A program made the position numbers and the translations under genes. From the NCBI GenBank assembly GCA_020059785.1, contig JAGVBL010000103.1, forward strand, positions 1 through 34,514: a stretch of 34,514 nt of DNA, in the 5' to 3' direction. Shown here one piece after another: positions 8,963 through 18,397 of this stretch. Each line of letters begins with the position of its first letter. The first letter of the stretch is position 1. The DNA is from Ignavibacteriales bacterium. Its GTDB lineage: Bacteria > Bacteroidota > Ignavibacteria > Ignavibacteriales > Melioribacteraceae. Below the pieces are notes generated by a model. That model was given only the letters and a program-made list of their open reading frames with translations, did no database searches and had not been told where the DNA came from.

Positions 8963-11346
8963 CTAAAAATTCAATCTCGTTACAAAGCCGATAATCGAGT
9001 TGGTATCTCTGCCGGGTATTTTAAATACTCTTGCCTGAAATGCCAGGTTAAGATTTGCAATTACATTGTAATCGGCAATAAATTCAAATGTCTGTCTCTT
9101 AAAATCGCCGAAGCTCGGACTAAGAGTTGCAGAGAGGTGTAATTTATTATCGAGCAGTCTATATCTTCCTCCAAGACTAAGGGTAAGATAATCAAATGGA
9201 ATGGTTGCAATTTCACTCGAGCTATAAAGAATCTGGAATAAAGATGAGATCTGCGAAGTCCAATAACTATTCAATGTAAATCCGGCAGCATTATATGTAG
9301 CGTCAGAATTAGATAAGCTATTATCCTCCCTATTTTGAGTTGTGAATGACAAAGAAGAAGTATGTTTTACCATTGCAACAAAATCGTATGATAATTGAAG
9401 AATAAATCTGTTGGTAATATCATCAACAACAAAGTTTCTATTAACCGGATCGGTAGTTTTCAATCCGTTTTTATTATCGGATTTATTGAAACCAATTGTA
9501 ATATTAGGAAAATCTGCCCTTGGGAATATTGATAACGAAGCACTTAAAGTGTTGTATTTAGTTGTTGCCGGCTTTGTTTTTTGTAGATTGTCCTCAAGAC
9601 TTTCGTATCCCAAAGAGAGAAAGACTTTGTTATCAAACATCCTGATCCGATCGACTATGTTAATGCCTTTTAAGTCGGTCCTTACATACGATTGACCAAA
9701 AGAAAAATAATCATTACCACGATAAATATAGGAGGCACGCAGATTATTGTTCAGGTAATTAAGACTTAGCGCAGCTTCTCCGGCAATAGAAGCAAATTCC
9801 TGTGGATTTAACGGACCGATATATTGATTAACGGTTATAAATTTTCCGAGAATATCTCTAATTGTTTTAACCTGATCAGGGTCGATATCATATAATCCGT
9901 TTGGACCAAAAATAGAATCGATTTGTGCATCGGTTAAATTTCCAGTTGAGATATCTTTATTGAACATACTAAATGCTACCTGGGTTGTAAAGAGAACATT
10001 TTGCTCATCGAAAGCAATTTTAATATCGCTTCCCAATACAACGTTTTCCTGGGGACGGGAGCCGAATTCAATTGATCCGGTTTTATCTTTAGAGTGTAGA
10101 TATGTAAAACCAAGCTGGAAATTTTCTCCACTTCCAAAAGAAGGACGTAACGCAAAAATATCCCTTTGAAAAGTACCTAAATTAACTTTACCAAACGGCT
10201 TACCGTATTTTGCTGCACTTATTGGAATTATATCACTTCCAAGCGGAACCTGGTCTTTTGTATATGTCTGAAGTAAAGCACCTTCAATTTTCCTGTCGGA
10301 TTCACCCACGGCTGCCGTAACATTAATAAACCCGAGATTTAAAAAACCGCTGAATCCGCGTATCCGCTTTCCATCCATTATTAAACTAGGAAAACGCGGA
10401 TAAGTATCGCCAACTCTTAATTCCAGCCATTCACCGTTTTTAATTGAGCCGAGTAGCGGTTATAAGGTTGCAAATTACTCTTTTCTTCAGAAGTTAAATA
10501 GACATAACCATTAATTCTCCACTGATCGTATGATGCATTAAAATCAGCACTAAGGTTATTATACCAGGTTGAAACAGTATTGTATGTTTCGCTTCGGGAT
10601 TCGGCTCTAAAGTTACCCAGTGATTTCCATCTTGAAATTACCTGTTCTGCAACAGCTGTTGAAACTACCTGAAATGTTTTTGAAATTGTGTGATATAAAT
10701 TTCCGTCTTTATCATAGACCTGAACCTTTAATAGTCTTGATCCGACGGGTAGATTTCCTTCAAAACTCTCTCCGCTTAACACTATAAGTTCATTTGTAAA
10801 TAGCGCTAAACCGGTTACGTCTTCATTGTTCAAGAAAATTTTTGTCTTTTTTATATCAACGTTATCAGGTGCTTTAAAAAATGAAATTGATACAAGTAGA
10901 TTTTCCTGTGAGAGAATTTCACCATCGGAAGGACTTAGAATAATTATTTCCTTATCCTTTTCGCTCGCACCTGAAACAGCAATTTGCAAAGGTGCGTTGC
11001 CCTGTTCAATTCCAAAAGGGTAGGTTTGAGTGTTTCCATTTTTTAATGTAATAAGTAAATAATAGTCGATGTATGGAGGTAGAACATATTCAGCGTCTAT
11101 TTGAGCTGAGGCAGTATTACCCGCTATTAACATTTCTTTATTTCTATATTCATTCTCACCGAATTTTTTGAAGAATAGATTAATTCCAGAAATATTTTCT
11201 GTTGAAAAAAGTGTTGCAGATACGTTAACCGGAATTTTATCTTTAGCATCGCCGATTCTTACAGCAGAAATATAATCGCTTACCTGGGCTTCTATTTTAG
11301 AGACTGAAAAAATTAATAAAAGTGATATAACAATAAACTTTTTCAT
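8963..11346 (-). pseudogene. Large outer-membrane beta-barrel protein of unknown family; frame broken by a 1-nt deficit in the A5 run at 10437-10441
   Basis: ORF 10417..11364 carries a signal peptide (MKKFIVISLLLIFSVSKIEAQ from ATG 11346, with GAGGG upstream). ORF 8963..10378 has alternating beta-strand-like sequence and ends ...GFVTRLNF (terminal Phe). The downstream frame is open back to 10459. Adding one A gives ...NRYSAQLKNGEWLELRVGDTYPRF... The span is 2 mod 3. Confidence 0.7.
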
Positions 11347-11376
11347 CTTGCCCTCTATTTTCAATATTTATTTATT

Positions 11377-12080
11377 TTATTTATCCTGTAAATATTCAAT
11401 CTTTATATCACCATCTTTGGTTCTAATAATCACCTGTTTTGTTGTAGTAGATTTAGATGATTTGAAGCGGGTGGAATCTTCTGCAGTAGAGCTTGAAAGC
11501 GAGTATGAGCCATCTTTTTTAACTTTCAAAGTATTACCGCTGCCAATTGTTCCTTCCTCGCCGCTGAGAGTTTGAAAAGTTGCAGAGCCGGTATTCAAAA
11601 ATATTGTGGAGGTTGTATCAATATCGTTATGCTCAATAAATCCCTCAGTCCCTCTTATGGATGCGACTACTGTTGGTGTGGTAAACTTAAACTCTTCATC
11701 TTCAGCTTGTTTATTAACTTCGAATCCAACCACTCCTTTATCAATAAAAGTATTCTTGCTCATTTTTTATTTTCTGATTTACCATAAATATTGAGGATAG
11801 AGTTTTCTCTTACCCTTAATAAACCGGATCCGTCAATAAAATGAACAAGTGCCAATGAACTGGAACCCGTTTTAACCTGTCCCCCATCACTTAGTATAAG
11901 CCCGACTTTAGCTTTTCCCCAATCTGGTTGATCATGGTTTGCACGGAATGTTACGTCCTTAATTATTTTCTTAACCTGAACAATCGGTGAATCTGAAGAA
12001 GAAGTAATATTTTTCTCGGTAGAAAAACCGGTTAATAAAAAAACACCCAGTACCGTTATAATAAGTTTAGGATTTATCAT
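11377..12080 (-). pseudogene. FecR-domain protein (secreted or membrane-anchored); apparently split by a 1-nt deficit in the A6 run at 11763-11768
   Basis: ORF 11760..12080 has a signal/anchor (MINPKLIITVLGVFLLTGF) and the first half of a FecR-like domain (WGKAKVGLILSDGGQVKTGSSSLALVHFIDGSGLLRVRENSIL). ORF 11377..11763 continues it (GVVGFEVNK...FKFTTPTVVASIRGTEGFI). The junction is AAAAAATGA, the span is 704 nt (2 mod 3), and one extra A fuses them as ...SENKKMSKNTF... The alternative is two genuine ATGA-coupled genes. Confidence 0.6.
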
Positions 12081-12099
12081 TTCAAAACTCCTGTTATTA

Positions 12100-13161
12100 T
12101 CATTTTGGAGAAAATGTTATTGAAATAATTGCACTGTTATCCTTCTCAAGAAAACCGAGTATCTCAATAAAATCTGAAAAGCTTAATACATTTCCCCTTT
12201 CGTCCGTAATCTGAATTTGCTCGGGCTGAATTTCTCCATTCATTAATTTATCTTTAATCTCTTTACTGAATTGCGGCGGCAAAAGATTTACTAATCTTAT
12301 CAAATCAGGATTACCAATTTTTACTGTTGTGTTTTTAGTTCCAGTAGCATTTGTCTTGAACATAACCAGAGGGCTATTTAAGACATTTCCACCGCCCGGA
12401 CCGTGAACAAAAGCTTTGACTACTACAACAATGTTTGTGTCGGCTAATAATTCTCTTTTTAGAATATCATTTAACCTTATTGAAGTAACCGTTCCAACAT
12501 CATAGTCATTAATTAAAGGGTTTCCGGAATTAAGAGCTTCTTCCAGGTTGATAGCATTATCAGACACATAGTTAGCTTTAATTTTATAACTTGTTGCACC
12601 AACCGAAGTAGTCCATTGTAAAATAATTGAACCGATATCGTAGGAACTTCCATCAACAGGAAAATTTATAGAAGGAGCCGTGGGATTTAAGAAAGAAATC
12701 TCTTCATAATCTTTTGAGATAAAATTTCCTCTTGGGTCTAACAATCTTAGTTCGATGCCAACCAGACCAGTTGGTTTACCTTTTTTAATAATATCCGAAG
12801 TAAGATCGGAATTAAAACTTGTGTTTTCAATTTCGATATCGGAATTGTTAATCTCGTCATTTGAGAAGTTTCTTGAAAGAAATTTTTTAGTTCTAAACCG
12901 GAATAATTCCTGGAATCCCGAACGTTCATCTTTTTGCCAGTCAACTTTACCTTCTACCATTACTTCAATACCCGGCGGTGAAATAATAACCTGAATTAAA
13001 CGTTGTGAAATATTTCTGGTGCTAGTAAAATCGAAAGCAGCAAAATCAATTGAACTTAACTCTGGAAAAATTATCAGGTTTATTGAGGCTTGTGCGTTAA
13101 TCCGGTAATTAGAGATTACCAGCAGAACTAGAATTACGGAAAGCTTAAAAATCTTTCGCAT
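12100..13161 (-). CDS. Hypothetical secreted protein, first gene of the FecR/beta-barrel/CHASE2 cluster
   Basis: 353 aa. It has the signal peptide MRKIFKLSVILVLLVISNYRINAQ, with GGAG 7 nt upstream of the ATG. The central segment ...SIILQWTTSVGATSYKIK... resembles an Ig/Fn3-like strand pattern. I recognise no family. Confidence 0.6.
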   Translation of the reverse strand: MRKIFKLSVILVLLVISNYRINAQASINLIIFPELSSIDFAAFDFTSTRNISQRLIQVIISPPGIEVMVEGKVDWQKDERSGFQELFRFRTKKFLSRNFSNDEINNSDIEIENTSFNSDLTSDIIKKGKPTGLVGIELRLLDPRGNFISKDYEEISFLNPTAPSINFPVDGSSYDIGSIILQWTTSVGATSYKIKANYVSDNAINLEEALNSGNPLINDYDVGTVTSIRLNDILKRELLADTNIVVVVKAFVHGPGGGNVLNSPLVMFKTNATGTKNTTVKIGNPDLIRLVNLLPPQFSKEIKDKLMNGEIQPEQIQITDERGNVLSFSDFIEILGFLEKDNSAIISITFSPK

Positions 13162-13273
13162 AATTTATCTCCACATTTACTGTGTCATTATGAATTAGAG
13201 GGATTATTTCGTAAGAAAAGTAGTTATTTATTTCATCTTACTCAAGATAAGTTTTCAAAAGTTAACAGGGGTT

Positions 13274-13315
13274 TGATACAGGATAATTGCAAAAGTAGTT
13301 GGATAAGATACAGGA
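13274..13315. repeat. Two direct copies of GATACAGGA (13274-13282 and 13307-13315), 33 bp apart; possible operator
   Basis: The 9/9 repeat was read directly: ...tttGATACAGGAtaatt...taaGATACAGGAatttt... The copies bracket the candidate -7 box at 13290-13297, in the 250-nt leader region of the cluster. Confidence 0.4.
13290..13297 (-). promoter_or_regulatory. Candidate -7 box TACTTTTG for the four-gene CHASE2 cluster
   Basis: The plus strand reads CAAAAGTA, which is TACTTTTG on the minus strand (a TAnnTTTG match). It lies about 129 nt upstream of ATG 13161. Confidence 0.3.
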
Positions 13316-13412
13316 ATTTTATTAATTAATAGCATACACATAAATTGCCCTATAATTAAAGGAGCAATTTATTTTTTATATTAGAATTAAATAAATCCTT
13401 TGAAGCAGAAGA

Positions 13413-13739
13413 CTAATTAATCGGTTCCGGTTTCTGTGCGTTTACAAATCCGAATTGATGAGCCGGCTGAGCATCAATCTTAATTTCGCCAAATCTCGAT
13501 TCAAACTTTTCAATGTTCTCTTTAAGTGCTCTCAGCAACATTTTTGCATGTTGAGGAGTTGTAATAATACGAGAAAGAACCCGAGCTTTTGGAACACCCG
13601 GAACTACGCGTGTAAAATCGATTACAAATTCTGCTGGAGAATGCGTTATTATTGCAAGATTCGAATAGATTCCTTCAGCTTCTTTCTCACCCAATTCTAT
13701 ATTAATCTGCTGCTGCATCTGTTCTTTATTCTGATTCAT
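13413..13739 (-). CDS. DUF3467 domain-containing protein
   Basis: 108 aa. The pattern ...INIELGEKEAEGIYSNLAIITHSPAEFVIDFTRV...RIITTPQHAKMLLRALKENIEKFESRFGEI matches the DUF3467 family as I remember it. Confidence 0.7.
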   Translation of the reverse strand: MNQNKEQMQQQINIELGEKEAEGIYSNLAIITHSPAEFVIDFTRVVPGVPKARVLSRIITTPQHAKMLLRALKENIEKFESRFGEIKIDAQPAHQFGFVNAQKPEPIN

Positions 13740-13769
13740 TTTTTTATTCCGATGTTTTTAGTTTGCATG

Positions 13770-13810
13770 AAAAAAACAACCCACGACCTTTTTGTAAAAG
13801 ACCGTGGGTT
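13770..13810 (-). terminator. Rho-independent terminator downstream of the TPR lipoprotein gene
   Basis: Arms AACCCACG..CTTTT (13778-13792) and AAAAG..CGTGGGTT (13796-13810) form 8 bp plus 5 bp with a 2x2 internal mismatch and a 3-nt loop. A T7 tract follows on the minus strand (A-run 13770-13776). Confidence 0.7.
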
Positions 13811-13832
13811 TGATATTAAATAAAAGTTGCCA

Positions 13833-14996
13833 TTACTTTCTTAGCAGATCCGCTTTTTCAAAAGCTTCTTTTGATTTTTGAGTCATACCAAGATTAGCAT
13901 ATATTTTACCAAGTAGTTCCCAAATAACAGCTTCCTGAGGATTTTTCTCAAGGTACTTTTCCATTAAAGGAATAGCAGATCTAAATTTTTCTTGATAAGA
14001 TAAATCTTCTTTGCCTTCAGCCTCAGATTTTTCTCTCATTTCAGTGCCCCATCTAACGTAGACAACTCCAAGATTATAGGTAGCATTAATATATTCCGGA
14101 TCAATTTCAATAGCCCGTCTAAATTCAGTTTCAGCTTCAGCATATCTACTTGCATTCAATAAAAGAACACCGTAATTGTAATGATAGTACTGATTATTCG
14201 GTTCTCTTTCAATTCCTTCTTTAAAAGCAACCATTGCTACATCAAGTTTATTTGCAGCAATGTATGCGTTAGAAAGTCTTAATAATATCTCTCCGTCATC
14301 AGGAAATTTTGCTTTCCCTTTCTCAAGAATGCTAATAGCTTTATCGAACCATTCATTAGCTTTAACACTATCGGCTTTATCCTTACTTTCTTTGAATTTA
14401 TCCATAAGAACATTTCCATTCTCGGTATAAATTTGCCCAATCATAGAAAAAGCTTCTGGAGTTTTACCGATATTAGCTAATTGTTCAAGCGGTTTAATAG
14501 CTTCGTCTATTTTATTTTGATTCAGATATGCATAAGCTAAATTCTGATAGGAAATTGTAGAGTCCGGTTCACATGCAATAGCGTTCTTAAATTGTTCTTC
14601 GGCTTTGGCAAAGAATTGTTTTACACTATCTTCCGAAGTGGACTTAGTAGCATTATTAAAATATACTACACCTTTATTAAAACTTGTTGCCCAATAATAT
14701 TGTCTTGAGTCTTTAATTTGAGGTTCATATTTCTTGCTTGCCTTCAAAGAATTATTGAAAGCGTCTAACATTTGAGGAAAATTTCCTTCCTCTCCATAAA
14801 TTACACCAAGTAAATACCATCCTTCGTCACTTGCCGGGTTCTTTTGAACCTCTTTTAGCAAAGATTCTTTTGCTTTATCATATTGTTTCTGGTTTATGTA
14901 CAATTTTGCACCGGTTAATTCTGCAGATGTACACTGAAATGCAGTTATACCTAAAACCATACTCAATATGCTCAAATAAATGAGTCCTTTTTTCAT
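13833..14996 (-). CDS. TPR-repeat lipoprotein
   Basis: The ORF was trimmed to ATG 14996 (AGGAG 6 nt upstream), giving MKKGLIYLSILSMVLGITAFQC, a lipoprotein signal. The rest consists of repeated 34-aa TPR-like units (e.g. AEAETEFRRAIEIDPEYINATYNLGVVY). Confidence 0.75.
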   Translation of the reverse strand: MKKGLIYLSILSMVLGITAFQCTSAELTGAKLYINQKQYDKAKESLLKEVQKNPASDEGWYLLGVIYGEEGNFPQMLDAFNNSLKASKKYEPQIKDSRQYYWATSFNKGVVYFNNATKSTSEDSVKQFFAKAEEQFKNAIACEPDSTISYQNLAYAYLNQNKIDEAIKPLEQLANIGKTPEAFSMIGQIYTENGNVLMDKFKESKDKADSVKANEWFDKAISILEKGKAKFPDDGEILLRLSNAYIAANKLDVAMVAFKEGIEREPNNQYYHYNYGVLLLNASRYAEAETEFRRAIEIDPEYINATYNLGVVYVRWGTEMREKSEAEGKEDLSYQEKFRSAIPLMEKYLEKNPQEAVIWELLGKIYANLGMTQKSKEAFEKADLLRK

Positions 14997-15150
14997 TGAT
15001 ACTCCTGATTTTAATATAAATTCTGAATTAAATTCCACGAAAAATAACCATTTTAAGATAGGTAAGTCAAGATTATTTTCTAGCCTCATTATTCTAAAAA
15101 TCGAATGAACTGATAATTATGTTTAAATTGATTTTCGGACACTAAAAGAA

Positions 15151-15158
15151 TATTTTTG
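15151..15158 (+). promoter_or_regulatory. Candidate -7 box TATTTTTG for the add-orf-hutU(-serA-like) unit
   Basis: This is an exact TAnnTTTG match ending 20 nt upstream of the TTG start at 15179. Confidence 0.35.
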
Positions 15159-15178
15159 AAATTAAAAGAGAGGAAAAA

Positions 15179-16267
15179 TTGAAAACCGAAGAGATAGTTA
15201 AAAACGTCCCTAAAGTTTTACTTCACGATCACCTAGATGGCGGATTAAGACCTGAGACAATTATTGAGCTTGCAAAGGATATGAAATACACTAAGCTTCC
15301 TACATCAGATCCCGTTGAATTGGCAGAATGGTTTCACCGTGGCGCTAACAAAGGGAATCTTGTAGAATACTTACAAGGATTTGAGCATACATGTGCGGTT
15401 ATGCAAACAAAAGAAGCACTTGTTAGAGTATCCTACGAAATGATTGAAGATATGCACAAGGATGGTGTATGCTATGTAGAAACACGTTTTGCCCCAGTAT
15501 TTCATACTCAAAAAGGTTTATATCACGAAGATATTATTCAAGCGGTTCTTGAAGGACTTGAAAAAGGTAAAGAAGATTTTGGAGTTGGTTACGGTTTAAT
15601 TTTATGCGGTATGCGTAATATGAAAAATACATTGGAGATTGCTGAATTAGCAGTTAATTTCAGGAACCAGGGAGTTGTTGGATTTGACCTCGCCGGTGAA
15701 GAAGGCGGATATCCCCCAAAAAAGCATATTGATGCGTTTCAGTATATTAAGCAAAAGAATTTTAACATAACAATTCATGCTGGAGAAGCTTTCGGTAAAG
15801 ATTCAATCTGGCAAGCAATTCAAATTTGCGGGGCTTTGCGTATTGGTCATGCAACACGACTTGTTGAAGATATGGTCTTCGATAAAGAGGGAAATATAGT
15901 AGCATTGGGAGAGCTGGCTCAATATGTACTTGATACCCGCTTGCCCCTTGAATTGTGTTTACTTAGTAATGTTCATACTGGTGCAGTGGATAGACTTGAA
16001 AATCATCCTTTTATTAGATACTATAAAGAAAAGTTCAGGGTGTTCCTCAATACAGATGATAGACTTATGAGTGATACTACCCTAACAAAGGAATATTTGA
16101 CTGCAATTGAAATGTTCGGATTGAATCTTGATGATGTTGAAAAACTTAATATCAATGCTATGAAATCCTCATTCATTCCCTATAAAACACGATTACATTA
16201 TATATACAACGTAATTAAACCCGGATATCAGAAGATGAGGGAAAAACTCCTTTCACTAAAAGTATAA
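15179..16267 (+). CDS. add: Adenosine deaminase
   Basis: 362 aa. The canonical motifs are present: LHDHLDGG (HxHxDG), TIHAGEAFG (HAGE) and FLNTDDRLMS. The start is TTG, preceded by GAGAGGA. Confidence 0.85.
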   Translation: MKTEEIVKNVPKVLLHDHLDGGLRPETIIELAKDMKYTKLPTSDPVELAEWFHRGANKGNLVEYLQGFEHTCAVMQTKEALVRVSYEMIEDMHKDGVCYVETRFAPVFHTQKGLYHEDIIQAVLEGLEKGKEDFGVGYGLILCGMRNMKNTLEIAELAVNFRNQGVVGFDLAGEEGGYPPKKHIDAFQYIKQKNFNITIHAGEAFGKDSIWQAIQICGALRIGHATRLVEDMVFDKEGNIVALGELAQYVLDTRLPLELCLLSNVHTGAVDRLENHPFIRYYKEKFRVFLNTDDRLMSDTTLTKEYLTAIEMFGLNLDDVEKLNINAMKSSFIPYKTRLHYIYNVIKPGYQKMREKLLSLKV

Positions 16268-16272
16268 ATGAT

Positions 16273-16611
16273 ATGGCAAAACCTTTATTCAAAAATTACA
16301 CATTCGAATTCGATAAGAACGAAAAAAAATTTCTTCTTAGTTTCTGCAAGACAATTCTAAAGCAAATTTCTGCCGATGATAAATTTTATGCAGATGTTCG
16401 TTCATTTAATTCAATAGTTGATAAACTAAACACACCCGATTACGAAATTAAGTTTACCAAGGAAGAAAAAACAAAACTTGGATTGAGATTGAAAGAGAAT
16501 GTTGATCATCTTGAGAAACAAATTAAAAACAGCGGGTTCTTAAAACGCTGGCTCTATAAATCTGCTTATAATCAGTATAAAGTTCTTCTGGATAAATATT
16601 TTGGTAATTAG
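16273..16611 (+). CDS. Hypothetical protein (112 aa, Lys-rich, no recognised family)
   Basis: The ORF starts 5 nt after the add stop and is co-oriented between add and hutU. No signal peptide or TM helix is visible. Confidence 0.5.
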   Translation: MAKPLFKNYTFEFDKNEKKFLLSFCKTILKQISADDKFYADVRSFNSIVDKLNTPDYEIKFTKEEKTKLGLRLKENVDHLEKQIKNSGFLKRWLYKSAYNQYKVLLDKYFGN

Positions 16612-16684
16612 TTATTCAATTAAAAATTTTTATTTATATCATACTTCAATATATCTTGCTTGATTAAATGACAGGAAAGAATAA

Positions 16685-18343
16685 ATGACAACACTTACAA
16701 AATCAATTAAAGCACCAACAGGTTCAAAGATTACATGCAAGGGATGGATTCAAGAAGCTGCTCTTAGAATGTTAATGAATAACCTTGACCCAGATGTTGC
16801 AGAACGACCCGAAGATTTAATTGTTTATGGTGGATCGGGCAAAGCTGCACGTAACTGGGACGCTTTCAATGCTATTGTAAATTCACTAAAAAATTTAGAG
16901 AATGATGAAACACTTTTAATTCAATCGGGTAAGCCGGTTGCAATCTTTAAAACACATATTAACGCACCGCGTGTAATTATATCTAATTCTATGCTTGTTC
17001 CGGATTGGGCAACCTGGGATGAATTCAGAAAACTGGATCAACTTGGTTTAACTATGTACGGTCAGATGACCGCAGGAAGCTGGATTTATATAGGAACCCA
17101 GGGAATTCTTCAGGGCACTTATGAAACATTTGCAGAATGTGCACGTAAATATTTCCACGGTTCCTTAAGCGGAAAATTTTTACTTACTGCCGGATTAGGA
17201 GGAATGGGCGGCGCTCAACCGCTCGCTGCTACTATGAACGGTGCTGCCTTTCTCGGAATTGATGTCGATCGCTCTAGAATTCAAAAAAGAATTGATACAG
17301 GTTATATTGATACGATAACCGAAGATTTAGATGAAGCACTTAAATTGGTGTTGGATGCTAAGAATAATAATCAAGCTCTTTCAGTTGGACTAGTTGGAAA
17401 TGCTGGTGAAATTCTACCAGAAATTCTTAAAAGAAATATTACTCCGGACATTATAACAGATCAGACTTCTGCACACGATACTTTAAACGGCTATGTGCCT
17501 ATGGGAATGACTCTTGATGAAGCACTTCAATTACGTAAAGAGAATCCATCCCGGTATATTGAGTTATCACGAAAAACAATTGTAACGCATGTAAAAGCGA
17601 TGCTTGAATTTCAGGAGCGTGGTTCGGTAGCATTCGATTACGGCAATAATATCCGCGGGGAAGCAAAAGAGAACGGTGTGTCTAATGCATTCGATATTCC
17701 AGGTTTCGTTCCTGAGTATATCCGTCCACTTTTCTGCGATGGAAAAGGTCCTTTCAGATGGGCAGTTCTTTCAGGTGAACCTAATGACATTTACGAAACT
17801 GATAAAGCAGTAATGGAAACATTTCCCGAAAACAAGGCGCTGATAAGATGGATTGAAATGGCTCAAAAGAAAGTTCACTTCCAGGGATTACCGGCACGTA
17901 TCTGCTGGCTTGGTTACGGAGAACGCGCAAAGATGGGAAAAATATTTAACCGTCTGGTTGCAGAAGGTAAAGTAAGTGCGCCAATAGTGATTGGTAGAGA
18001 TCATCTCGATTGCGGATCAGTTGCTTCGCCAAATAGAGAAACAGAGGGAATGATTGACGGAAGCGATGCAATAGCAGACTGGCCGATTCTTAATGCGTTA
18101 TTAAATGCAATCGGAGGGGCAAGCTGGGTATCCGTTCATCATGGCGGTGGTGTTGGAATTGGTAAATCGATTCATGCCGGAATGGTTGTAGTTGCAGACG
18201 GATCTAAAGATGCTGAAGAAAGATTGGAAAGAGTTTTAACTTACGATCCGGGAATGGGTATTGTTCGGCATGCAGATGCCGGTTATGAACAGGCAATTGA
18301 AAATGCTAAAAAGTTTGGCGTAAAAATTCCAATGATAAAATAA
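16685..18343 (+). CDS. hutU: Urocanate hydratase
   Basis: 552 aa, a typical urocanase length. It has the [16 protein letters not shown]-binding motif and ...[18 protein letters not shown]..., conserved end to end. Confidence 0.9.
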   Translation: MTTLTKSIKAPTGSKITCKGWIQEAALRMLMNNLDPDVAERPEDLIVYGGSGKAARNWDAFNAIVNSLKNLENDETLLIQSGKPVAIFKTHINAPRVIISNSMLVPDWATWDEFRKLDQLGLTMYGQMTAGSWIYIGTQGILQGTYETFAECARKYFHGSLSGKFLLTAGLGGMGGAQPLAATMNGAAFLGIDVDRSRIQKRIDTGYIDTITEDLDEALKLVLDAKNNNQALSVGLVGNAGEILPEILKRNITPDIITDQTSAHDTLNGYVPMGMTLDEALQLRKENPSRYIELSRKTIVTHVKAMLEFQERGSVAFDYGNNIRGEAKENGVSNAFDIPGFVPEYIRPLFCDGKGPFRWAVLSGEPNDIYETDKAVMETFPENKALIRWIEMAQKKVHFQGLPARICWLGYGERAKMGKIFNRLVAEGKVSAPIVIGRDHLDCGSVASPNRETEGMIDGSDAIADWPILNALLNAIGGASWVSVHHGGGVGIGKSIHAGMVVVADGSKDAEERLERVLTYDPGMGIVRHADAGYEQAIENAKKFGVKIPMIK

Positions 18344-18397
18344 ATACTAAGTAATGATAGTAGACAAAAGTAAATTGTAAACAACCCAGGGTGAAAA

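Noticed and set aside
13342-13380. Hairpin AAATTGCCC...GGAGCAATTT followed by ATTTTTT, considered as a terminator for the DUF3467 gene
   Set aside because: The T-run is on the plus strand, where no gene ends. On the minus strand the stem is AT-rich and bulged and lacks a proper U-tail. I kept it only as a weak possibility.
15090-15178. Possible purine riboswitch upstream of adenosine deaminase
   Set aside because: The candidate promoter box leaves only about 20 nt of leader. None of the conserved purine-riboswitch junction sequences or paired P2/P3 hairpins is present.
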